The translations under genes and the position numbers were made by a program. Source: Nymphaea colorata (taxonomy: Eukaryota). Taken from it: a stretch of 64,000 nucleotides of DNA. This document shows positions 26,311-36,287 of the stretch, piece after piece. The stretch is taken from NCBI RefSeq assembly GCF_008831285.2, contig NC_045138.2, forward strand, positions 21,018,001 to 21,082,000, written 5' to 3'. Under the pieces are notes generated by a model, which was given only the letters and a program-made list of their open reading frames with translations, was not told the origin of the DNA and ran no database searches. The first letter of the stretch is position 1, and each line of letters opens with the position of its first letter.

Positions 26311-27591
26311 GATTCACCACCATCTTTTAGTTTTCCCAAAACACCACTAGAAATCCTCGGGACTTCAGGGAACCGAACCGTGTCCTAAGAATCAGATCCG
26401 TCTTGGAAAAGTTTTAAGGTCAGAATCTCGAAGTATTAACTGCTTAAGAAAAATGCATGGAAAAACTTTAAACGTGGAATGATTTTAAAGAGAATTTATG
26501 GACTTTTTAATTTTTTTTTATGAATGAAAAAATTGTAAACTATAAAGATTAAAAAAGTTCTAAGTGCAGACCAAGTTTCAGTTCAAAATTTCCGGGCCGA
26601 TACTTTCAAATCCTGGTTTTAGAAGTTAATAAGTGTTTGAATGACAAAAAAAACTGAGTTTCTTAAAAGTGAAAACCGGGGTTTTGCCTTGTCATCTAAA
26701 CAGGTAAACTAGATTTCGAAAGTTTATTAAAAAAAACTAAGTTTTAATAAAACCAAGTTTTTGAGATTGTTCAACCAAAGGCTTTCATTCTTTACCTCAT
26801 CAAAATTGCAAATCACTTGTATGCAAATGGCTCATTTTAGAATCATCATGAAGAGCAATTTGGAGAACAGAGAATCAGGACGCACCAACCTCAATTGAAT
26901 TCAAGAATACTATAATGAACCGTATCCGATCACAAATCAACAAAAAGAAAACTAGAAAATTGATGTCTGGATTTTAGAATGAATGTGTAAAATTGCAAAT
27001 CTGGTGAACCATGAACCAGATTACTTTGGATTTTTCTCAAAGTTATAAGCTGCTTCGGCCAAGGATCAAAGGGCAGTTATAAGTTGCTACGAAGGTGTGG
27101 AAACCCAATGGACCGCCTGTATTTAGAATGAAGCCCATGAACCAGAACACAAAAAGCAAGATAGGGAGCAGGCAGGACTACTTATGCATGTTGAAGTTTC
27201 AAAAAGAAGAATAGTTTTCATCTCAGAGACAATTTGGGATAGTGTGACCCTAACTGGTCCAAGCCCCAAAGTTGACAGCAGATATTTAAAAATTTACACA
27301 CTACAGTAAGATGCATTCATCATGCAAACTCCAAGAAAACTTGCCTATTTTGTATTGTGCATATAGATGACAAAAAATGAGCCAGGCAGTGCATATACAC
27401 ACACGAATGTAGAGCAAATTCCCTAAGAACATTCAGTGGTAAGTAATTCAATAACATTACAACTTCACCTTTTGTAGCAATATGCAATTAAGAAACGCAA
27501 TAACTGAAGGAAAAAAGTCGAGTGGAAAAGTATAGATCAACCACCGGCAATTAATAGAATAACATAAACTAGGCAACCATGAGACACTTAC

Positions 27592-29259
27592 TTTTCTAAT
27601 GTCATTTAGATGTATCCTATTTGCTGACGCAGGATCGAGCTTCCTAAGGAGATCCAAATCACAAGTTGAGTCCTCACAAGTTTGATTGCTGCTTAAACAG
27701 GCAACAGCATGTCCTAAAACAGGTGATCACAATGGTAACGGTGAGAACAGTAACCATTACAGCGTCATGCACCCAGAAAATAAAAGAAAAAAGAGCATTA
27801 GTATACTTACCAAGATACTCACCTGAAGTACATGCATCCATTTCTTCCATCAGGTCATCAAGTAAGAATGGGCTCACATACAAGACAATCCAAGAACAAA
27901 GATAAAATAAGCCAGTATGAAAAGATGAGTAATATTTTGTCTATGGCCAAACGGCTTGGCCCTAATATATAAACTTATAAAATGGACAAGAATTTCTTAA
28001 GTTCCTAATTTGGGACTCTGGCCTCTTGAAACTGCCATACAAGTATCAGCACTTACCATGACAATAATACCCTTATATTTCCTATGAGAACAGGTAACGA
28101 ATTGTCAGAGGCAGAGAACAAAATGTAACACCCCAGAAGTTTAGTCATGTATCGAAGATTGTGATGGAACTTCAATGGCTTATAAAAAGATGTCATTAAT
28201 GAGAAGATTGTCCTGGTTCCTAGCCTTTTTAGGTTAGAACTGAAACTGCTAGGGAGCGAGTTGGGATCCGTCGAACTAGGGGCCCGAGCCGCAGAGTGGG
28301 TCGGGTTGTTACAGTGGTATCAGAGCAGTTTCAACACTCGGACCTAGGGTCCCACACGCACGGATGCGTGTGCCTCAAGGGGGGTGGATTGTAACACCCT
28401 AGAAGTTTAGTCCTATATTAAAGATTGTGAGAGATCTTCAAGAGCTTATAAAGAGAGACCATTAATGAGATGATTATCCTGGTTACTAGCCTTTTTAAGG
28501 TTGGAGCAGAAACTGCTAGGGGCGGGTTGGGATCCGCCGAACCAGGGGCCCGAGCCCAAGAGTGGGTCGGGTTGTTATACAAAATCAAGCCAAGAAAACA
28601 TCCTTCCACAAGAGGAAATGTTCTGGTGCAGACTGAATTGTATCAGCAATGCTATTACAAAGATAAAATGTGAAAAGGAAAATAAGCCTGCTTCGACGCT
28701 CCTCATATATATATATATAAACATATTCAACCCTTTTACAAACCCTTCCCTCAACTCTTATACTTGGACAACCATAGCTCTTCAAGGTCAGATTAGAATC
28801 CCATGATCCATGATGTGTATCCACATCCTACCCTCTTCCATCCTGATAATGGTAACCTACACTCTAATCATTGTTTAGGAACTCTGCGATGCAATATGAT
28901 ACCAATTTTGCAGTTCCAAACTTCCAACCAATCTGTTGTCCATCTGGAAATTCAAAATATGAGGCCCAGAGTCAAACGGTTAACCTTTAACAATATCTTC
29001 TCATGCCATCAGTTAAGAATACAGACTGCATTAGAAACTTTTAGCCAAACCCTAACAAACTATTACTGAACTCGTGGTTGCTTTTAAGTCATATGGACAA
29101 AGAACAAACAGTTAATGGTACAAAAAATTTAAAGCAAGTAAAGGGGCTAGAAGGAGAGATAAAAAAAAAAGTTCAAATCTATGTTGTTACCTGGATGTAA
29201 TAATTTGTACCTCCTACAATTACTGGTAAATGCTTCCGAGACAATATACTGTCGATCAC
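27592..29259 (-). pseudogene. Internal three-exon fragment of a tRNA dimethylallyltransferase (tRNA-IPT, IPT2-like) gene
   Basis: Exons 29191-29259 (VIDSILSRKHLPVIVGGTNYYIQ), about 27811-27877 (VSPFLLDD) and 27592-27713 (LLRKLDPASANRIHLNDIRK). The middle exon lacks its AG acceptor and first codons. I found no P-loop exon upstream and no C-terminal exons downstream. Confidence 0.82.
28124..28579 (+). mobile_element. Complete TRIM (terminal-repeat retrotransposon in miniature)
   Basis: 190-bp direct repeats at 28124-28313 and 28390-28579 (TGTAACA...TGTTACA/TGTTATA). PBS TGGTATCAGAGC at 28315-28326 (initiator tRNA-Met type), PPT AAGGGGGGTGGAT before the 3' repeat, 76-bp non-coding interior, perfect 5-bp TSD CAAAA. 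Confidence 0.95.
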
Positions 29260-30773
29260 CTGAAAACAAATTATAAACAACTGTTTGAGTCTGATGATAA
29301 ACATAGCCCGAAAAAATGGAAAGACTAAAGAGGATTATCTTTTGCTCATAAAAGCTAAGTTGTCAAAATCAAAAGCAGGACACAGGTTGTTCAGGCCTCT
29401 AAAAAGACTGATGGTTCAAGCTTGGCATTTGACTAGGTTGGCTCGCTGAGGCACACAAGTGAAAAAATGTCTTAGATTCCTTTTCCTTTTTTTTTCCCTT
29501 CTTCATCGGCTTATACGTTTCTTTGTTTACTTTTTCTTCGTTTTTACCATGTTCCTGTTCTTCTCCTCCTTCTCCTCTTTCTCCCTTTCAAGTTTCATTT
29601 ACTGTTTCTAGCCCATCTAGGTGTCGACTAGGTGCCCGACAATGCACTGCCCATGCCCTTCTGAAAGTCCACTGCTAACGTAATCAAAGGCCTGTTGAAA
29701 TTTGATCTCTCGGTCTCTAACACATCAAATTTATGGGTTTGAGATCTGGAGCCCATGTCACATTTGCTCGCATAACAAGTTTAAGAGCTTTGATAGAAAT
29801 GTAAGACTTAATTGGTTTAGGATTTTTAGTTTTAGATTACCTCAAGTAGGCCTTGGGGGTAGGATCTCAATGACGGGTTCAACTTTTCTAGTCGCCGCCG
29901 GTCGGGTCCATAGAAAGAAGATGATAAGGTGTGCCCCCTGTGTCGTGTCCAAGATCATTTGGTTAACGTGAACAATGTTGGCATCTTGCTATTTTTCATG
30001 CTCTTACTACACATTGTGAATTTTCCAAATTGATCATATGAGTGTTGACAAGCTTTGGGGGAGTTTGGCCTGCTCGAGTGAGTTGAACCTGCATCAGACT
30101 CTGGATGGGCTGGCATGAGGCATGGGCTTGGAACTGGCTGGGCTACCTAGGAGAAGCTCAATAGAATTTCTTTCCTTTTTTTTTAACGCGCAACCCACAC
30201 GGTTTGCTTTCCTCTCTTGAGTTTTTTTTTTTTTTACCTTGAATAATTTCAGATCAACCCCGTCTCAAAACCCAGCTCCAATATGAAATTTCATAACTAT
30301 AGCCGCATTCTTCATAATCGGACCGCCTTCGTTTCTAAACAAGATGTCATAAAAAGTACATAGATTGGTTTTGACACCCCAGCCATAAGTGGGTCGTCAA
30401 GGCCTTGCCTATTGAAAATTTTTAAACTTGAACGATGGGACCCTCACGGATTCGTGTATGAGATTCTCAACAGGTATTGATCCCAAATGGTCCCTTGGAA
30501 GGTTTTTGGCTTTTCATACGAGGCCCCCACTACTTGATTGCTACCACATGTCACATCAATCTGGACTAGCATTTGAATTTAGATCTGGTGTTCAACCATT
30601 GTCTGATTAAATAATCGACCTATTGGATTCTTTATTGCACTTGCAGAATCTTTTCTAGTTGTCTCAGGACCAACTCATGGAATTATATTGCTAGACAATT
30701 AGCCGATTTAGATGTGATGCGATACAATAATCTTTTAGGGGCAAAATATCTCCTGAAGATAAATTGCAACACA

Positions 30774-30877
30774 AGATAAATTTTATTTTGCATTTTATTT
30801 TGGAAGCTGGGGGTGAGCAGCTGGGAGATAAATTTTATTTTGCATTTTATTTTGGAAGCTGGGGGTGAGCAGCTGGG
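30774..30877. repeat. Exact 52-bp tandem duplication
   Basis: AGATAAATTTTATTTTGCATTTTATTTTGGAAGCTGGGGGTGAGCAGCTGGG occurs twice head to tail. Confidence 0.9.
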
Positions 30878-31087
30878 GAGAGTGGCTGGTTGGGGAATTA
30901 ATAGATGCACTGTTATTATTCTGATTTTCCTATTAAATTTGTTTTACACTTGCCTTGTTTGTACACTAAAAAAAAAAGAGAAAATGAGTGCACATGTGCT
31001 GAGGACTGAAGATTTTCAGTCTAAACTTAGATTAGAGAAATCTGTAAATTCTATATATAAAAATAATTTTCAATCTAAATTTGATTT

Positions 31088-31091
<4 letters not shown>

Positions 31092-31177
<86 letters not shown>

Positions 31178-31190
31178 TATATATATATAT
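31092..31190. repeat. (TA)n microsatellite
   Basis: Nearly pure TA run of about 100 bp. Similar runs at about 7038-7097 and 32313-32376; (GA)n at 25989-26024. Confidence 0.95.
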
Positions 31191-32308
31191 AAAGCACTGG
31201 ATTCCCATCATGTCTCATTAACACAACCCAAACAAAAAAACATTGGGCTGCGTGTGAGAGGGATTCTTCTCACAGCTGGAGGAATCCATGTTATTTATAT
31301 AATAGAAAGAGAGAGTACGAGTGTGTGGATGAGAGTTCACGCCATGTGCGTGAATCTGCATGTGCCTAAGCTGGAACCGATAGAAGTCCTTGGAATGGAT
31401 GGACTGGTTCAATGGCAGAGACTGGCGGTCCATCAGCTTGATTCATAGGTTGTGTTGTAGAAAGCTAGCTAGTTTTTGGAATGGTTCGGTCAGATATCCT
31501 AATTGGCAACCCTATATCCTCACATTACTATCTCCAAAGAGTCAAACTAAGCTTGACCATGAACAATGGCAGAAGTAGGACCAGAAATTTTTCGCTATAG
31601 ATCACTTATTTATGCATAAGAACAGAGCTAATGGACCACTATCACAAATAGTTGAACAACTTATGATTATCTACAAATCTTTTTCTTTCATGTATGGGTA
31701 CGTTAGATTTCTTATTCAGTATCATTTTCAATCTGTTATCTTGTGGTTTTAAACATCATGTCTTCTGTCTTTCTACTATTAGAATTAAACTATTCAAGTC
31801 GAGCACCTGAGTTGAAAATTAGTTTTCAACAGCATGATACTCCACACAAGGGCAGGTTTTTGAAGGAGTCTATTGGACTGGCAGATAGTTGAAGTTTGCA
31901 ATATTATGTGTGAAATATGCTTGTTCAGATCCAACCAGCAGAGGAGTTTTTTCTTTATATATTCAATCTTATAGGGTATGCCGAGAACTCAGGAACTCAG
32001 GTCAGTCTTGAATTGGGTCTTACAAGTAATTTGGACCAAAATTGTTCTAAATTCCTTTCTTTTACTTGTTTTAGTTTGTTTGTAACTCATTTTTTGCTCT
32101 ATTGTTATAGCTATTGGTCATTAACATGTACTATTTTATTTATATGACTTGTTTATTTAAACATTGCTTTCATTATGATTTCTCTAGACCGATGCATGGA
32201 GCGTAAAAGTAAGAATTATTGAGCGCAATATGCATTTATATTAGTCAATGCCTTCGTTAATTGTTTAAGATTAGATCTGCCTAGGATATAACTTAGTCTG
32301 TGTACACG

Positions 32309-32378
<70 letters not shown>

Positions 32379-33594
32379 TATGACATTCATTGCCTCCAAA
32401 TTTTTTGATGTGGCCGCAGATTGATGCATCTCCTAGGGTCTATGTTACAGTTACCATGTAAATTGTACTATACTTAATATTTTACCAATCAAATGAGGAG
32501 CTTAATTAAAAAAACAAAAAACAAAAAACCAATTACTGTTATGTTAGAACATGTTCTCAAGACATAACATAATTATGTTTTCACCTTTCAGATGAACGAG
32601 GTCAAGAGTCTGCATTACTTGTCATTGTATCCTTTAAATTAATCCTAACTAATCAGGACTTCAAGATCCATAATGTGGACAATGTAAAACATTGTTAAAA
32701 GAGGATCCATCAAGGCATATGAACATTTGACATTAGTAACATAGTGCTATTGTTCCATGAATTTATCGTACATATCCATTAAATAGTTCATTGCAGCATT
32801 CCGTGAATCTATCATACTTTTCTATGGAGATCAATGAAATAATAACAGTTATTATTACCAAACAACCTCTTATAGAGACTGTAAGGGACATATTGTTAAT
32901 ACATAGATCAATATGTATCAACTTTATCTCATGACTTTGAATGAGTGACCATCAATATCTGAGGAATTTTTGTAGTGTGTCGCACTCGATTAAGACTCAG
33001 ATACGAGAAAGAAGGTTGCATTAAGGCTCAACCAGCTCAATGAATAGGACATACTGCTAGCTAGACTTGATTAAACTTGATCTGAGTTTAAAACTGGTTA
33101 TAGATGCCAATTAATTCAATCAATGTGATTGACCAATCACAATCTAAATTCATTAATGCAGAGAGAACTAAATTGATTGTGAAAATAGGGTGTGGCACTT
33201 TACCTAATTTCAAAAAGAGGTCCTCGCAAAAGGGGATGATCTGATATTGATAGCACCAATTAAAAAAAAAAAAGATATCAGGATCTTCTCCATCATTTGC
33301 CTAATTAGCTAAGTTTTATCGGATCACCCCCTTTTTTGAAACGGAGGTCCTCCCAAAAGGGGACCGGACACCCTATACTCCTGATTATAGAGTATCTTAA
33401 GAAATCAGCACATTCACACCCTTTTCTTTCTTTTGATGGATGGTGGGGGAGGTTGAGAGTCGCCATCTGCCACTTCTTGAGTGGGATGTTGCTTCATTAA
33501 TATCAGGTCATATCGATCCGAATACCCCCGTTCCGATTCGGCCCCTGATATTTTAATTAAGCAGTGGTGAAGTTGCTGGTTTGTCTTTTTTTTA

Positions 33595-33885
33595 TTAGTT
33601 TGAATTTTTGAAATGATGAATAGAAATTGATAACCAAAGACGTTGCCAAAGAGTCTTGACGATGACCTTGTAAGGATAAACAAAAAGGCTGGATTCAGAA
33701 AGCACATAGGAATCCAAAGCGCTGTTGGACAAACTGTCCACTATGGTGGATTCAGCAACAGAAAGGAATTCATCAATCTGGGCACGAGAGAGGGCCCTGA
33801 GACCCTTGCTATCAGGGTCAGCAAACACAGGCGGCTGACGGAAAATGATCTCCAGCCGCTTTTCATGCCCTTCGAAACCGGCCAT
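33595..33885 (-). pseudogene. SAMDC: Truncated SAMDC main ORF in the inverted arm (78 homologous codons plus 18 unrelated)
   Basis: [15 protein letters not shown]...[19 protein letters not shown], then homology stops at 33652, one codon before the conserved Cys of KTCGTT. Confidence 0.9.
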
Positions 33886-34079
33886 TGAGATCCAATTCTC
33901 AATACCACCTAACTGTGTCGAATTGGTGTTGCAGAAGATCAAATGATTATGGGGAAGAAGAGATGAGGAAGAGGCTATATGTCCTGGCCGAGACGACACG
34001 TCTCCTACTGCGCGCAACTTAAACAAAGAAATAACAGAAAAAAGCCCTACTCTATCAGCAGCAATTGATTGTGGAAATA

Positions 34080-34347
34080 TCACGATGGCTTCCTCACGCA
34101 CTGCAAAAAGAAAGGAAGAACATAATTAGAAAACAGGAAAGGGAAAACAAACCATTAACCTTTCAGAAAAACCAAATTAATGTTTTCTATTCACTATCAT
34201 AGATAGAAAACGTACGTTGGAGTAGGCAGCAGATTTGAACTTCTTGATACCACCGTTTGGACGAACGTCTTCAATGCTGTAGCCAAGGGGAACTTCGTAC
34301 ATTAAGGAACTACTACTGGACTTCTTCTTACCACCTTTTGCCTCCAT
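34080..34347 (-). CDS. Conserved SAMDC small uORF (50-aa leader peptide), two exons
   Basis: Exons 34216-34347 and 34080-34100 joined by a GT-AG intron (34101-34215) give [54 protein letters not shown], the canonical plant AdoMetDC leader peptide. Confidence 0.93.
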
Positions 34348-34355
34348 TACAACAT
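34347..34355 (-). promoter_or_regulatory. SAMDC tiny uORF overlapping the small uORF by one base
   Basis: Minus strand reads ATG TTG TAA, and the last A of TAA is the A of the small-uORF ATG. This is the known plant SAMDC tiny/small uORF arrangement. A splice acceptor (ACAG|GGAG) lies just upstream at 34365. Confidence 0.85.
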
Positions 34356-34701
34356 CCACGCTCCCTGTTGTCAGAATTCCACAAGACTAAAGTTTAGTGC
34401 AGGAAATATTTTTCATACTGCGGAAATAAAATTCATTTTGACTTGCTAAAAACATCGAGAGGCCGTTGTCAATTAGAAATATATAGACACAAACCGCTGC
34501 CACTTCTAAAACTTTTTCCAATTGCGGCACACTTTTGGAAGAGGAAGAAAGGAAACGAATGCTATTCTGTTTTGTCTCGGTCACTCCCGGGCCTGGACAT
34601 GTAGCCTCTTCCTCATCTCTTCTTCCCCATAATCATTTGATCTTCTGCAACACCAATTCGACACAGTTAGGTGGTATTGAGAATTGGATCTCAGCTTCAA
34701 A

Positions 34702-35702
34702 ATGGCCGGTTTTGAAGGGTATGAAAAGCGGCTGGAGATCATTTTCCGTCAGCCACCTGTGTTTGCTGATCCTGATAGCAAGGGTCTCAGGGCCCTCTCT
34801 CGTGCCCAGATTGATGAATTCCTTTCTGCTGCCGAATGCACCATAGTGGACAGTTTGTCCAACAGCGCTTTGGATTCATATGTGCTTTCTGAATCCAGCC
34901 TTTTTGTTTATCCTTACAAGGTCATCATCAAGACTTGTGGGACTACCAAGCTTCTGCGCTCCAGTCCCATCGTATTGAAGCATGCTGGTACCTTGTCCCG
35001 TGCTCCTATCTCAGTCAAATATTCCCGTGGGACGTTCATTTTCCCTGGGAATCAGCCTTCTCCTCACACAAGTTTTACGGAGGAAGTTGTTGTGCTGAAC
35101 AACCATTTCCGAAGTTGTTTGGTAAGCCTGGGAATGCTTATGTCATCAATGGTGGCAATCCTGCCCATGATTGGCACATCTACAGGTCGTCCGTGGAGTC
35201 CATACCTCCTTTGCCACTCACTGTGGAAATGTGCATGACCAACCTGGACAGGGAGCGGGCATCTGTATTCTACAAGAACTTTGAAGGCCCAGCGAAGTCC
35301 ATGACTAACGCTTCTGGAATCCGCAGCATCCTTCCCGGCTTTGATATCAATGACTTTGAGTTTGAGCCTTGTGGATATTCCATGAATTCAATCAAGGACA
35401 AGGCCTTGTCGATTATTCATGTCACTCCAGAAGATGGTCTCAGCTATGCAAGCTTTGAGTTTGTGGATGCAATAGGCTCTAAGGAAATAAAGAATGCAGC
35501 AGAGCTAGAGGCGCTAATCGACCGTGTGTTGGAATGTTTCGGGCCAGAAGAGTTTTCATTGGCCATTCATTGTGACTACAGCAGCTTGATGGCAATGTTG
35601 TCAGAGAAACATGGGATGTTGGGCTATGCATGCGAGAAATTTGTGGTGCAGGAACTCTCTGGTGGAGGTTGCCTGATATACAGAGTTTCTCTGGAAAGTT
35701 GA
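34702..35702 (+). pseudogene. SAMDC: S-adenosylmethionine decarboxylase proenzyme ORF with a frameshift and no sense-strand uORF cassette
   Basis: [20 protein letters not shown] (pyruvoyl cleavage site), KTCGTT and YSRGTFIFP are in one frame. [17 protein letters not shown] and IHVTPEDG.SYASFE are in another, requiring a 1-nt shift at about 35110. The C-terminus looks shortened. Confidence 0.88.
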
Positions 35703-36053
35703 GAAGATGATCAGAGGATTGTGTGGAAGGGGAAGGTGTATGCTCTGGCCGAGCAAAGACTGTCTTTGTTGCAGCATCACTGCTTATCCTTACCATGTGT
35801 TTGCGTCCTTTACTAGTATAGTAGTAATGCGGTCTCCTCTTCTATTTCTGTTCGAGTTTTCATGTTTGAATAATTGGGCAGCTCGTTCCTTCTGAAGCCC
35901 GCCCATAACGGAAAACAAGATCAGGCTAGCGCCATCCTCGGGCGGCGTAAAACTTATCGGTTGGAATTTGGGAGGAAACCGGAGAGTCCCAATCCATGAC
36001 ACGGAAGGAAGCTACCGAATCCCAACAGCAAGAAAGAGGAAGGATGACGTCAC

Positions 36054-36287
36054 CGGTATCATAGACGCATAGATCATTTAGGAACCGCTTCTCCACGAGG
36101 CCTCCGAAGACTGCGACCATCGATTTCCCAACGTTGACGGCCGTATGACCACTGATAAGTCGGTGGAAAGTCAGACATCTGAGAGAGAGAGAGAGAGAAT
36201 AAGATTATGATGATCAAGGTGACACACCTTCGTGGACGAGGAAGCGAACCCCCCGAAATCGGAGGAATTCGCCTGAACCCAGTGCAT
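36054..36287 (-). pseudogene. 5' fragment (exons 1-2) of a galactose-oxidase/Kelch-repeat gene
   Basis: Exon 36228-36287 (MHWVQANSSDFGG; removing one G from the G6 run at 36249-36254 restores SLPRPRS) and exon 36054-36151 ([32 protein letters not shown]). After the next intron (candidate acceptor about 35892) the sequence runs into the SAMDC 3' flank with no further Kelch coding seen. Confidence 0.82.

Larger units (their letters stand above)
33652..34935. repeat. Long inverted repeat of SAMDC leader and N-terminal CDS (arms 33652-33989 and 34590-34935, loop 600 bp)
   Basis: The reverse complement of the left arm aligns to the right arm with 11 substitutions and one 8-nt indel by manual count. 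Confidence 0.95.

Noticed and set aside
28124..28579. Possibility that the TRIM is a Cassandra element
   Set aside because: I see no 5S rRNA-like segment in the terminal repeats.
30813..31448. 211-aa ORF with a YIYIYI tract
   Set aside because: Read-through of a (TA)n microsatellite and a 52-bp duplication.
31840..32010. Exon-like stretch on the plus strand with AG and GT signals
   Set aside because: No frame gave a protein I could recognise, and the candidate frames contain stops.
33652..34935. Explanation of the SAMDC inverted repeat as a fold-back assembly artefact
   Set aside because: The arms differ by 11 substitutions and an 8-nt indel and enclose a unique 600-bp loop, which a fold-back read would not produce. 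Long-read confirmation is still advised.
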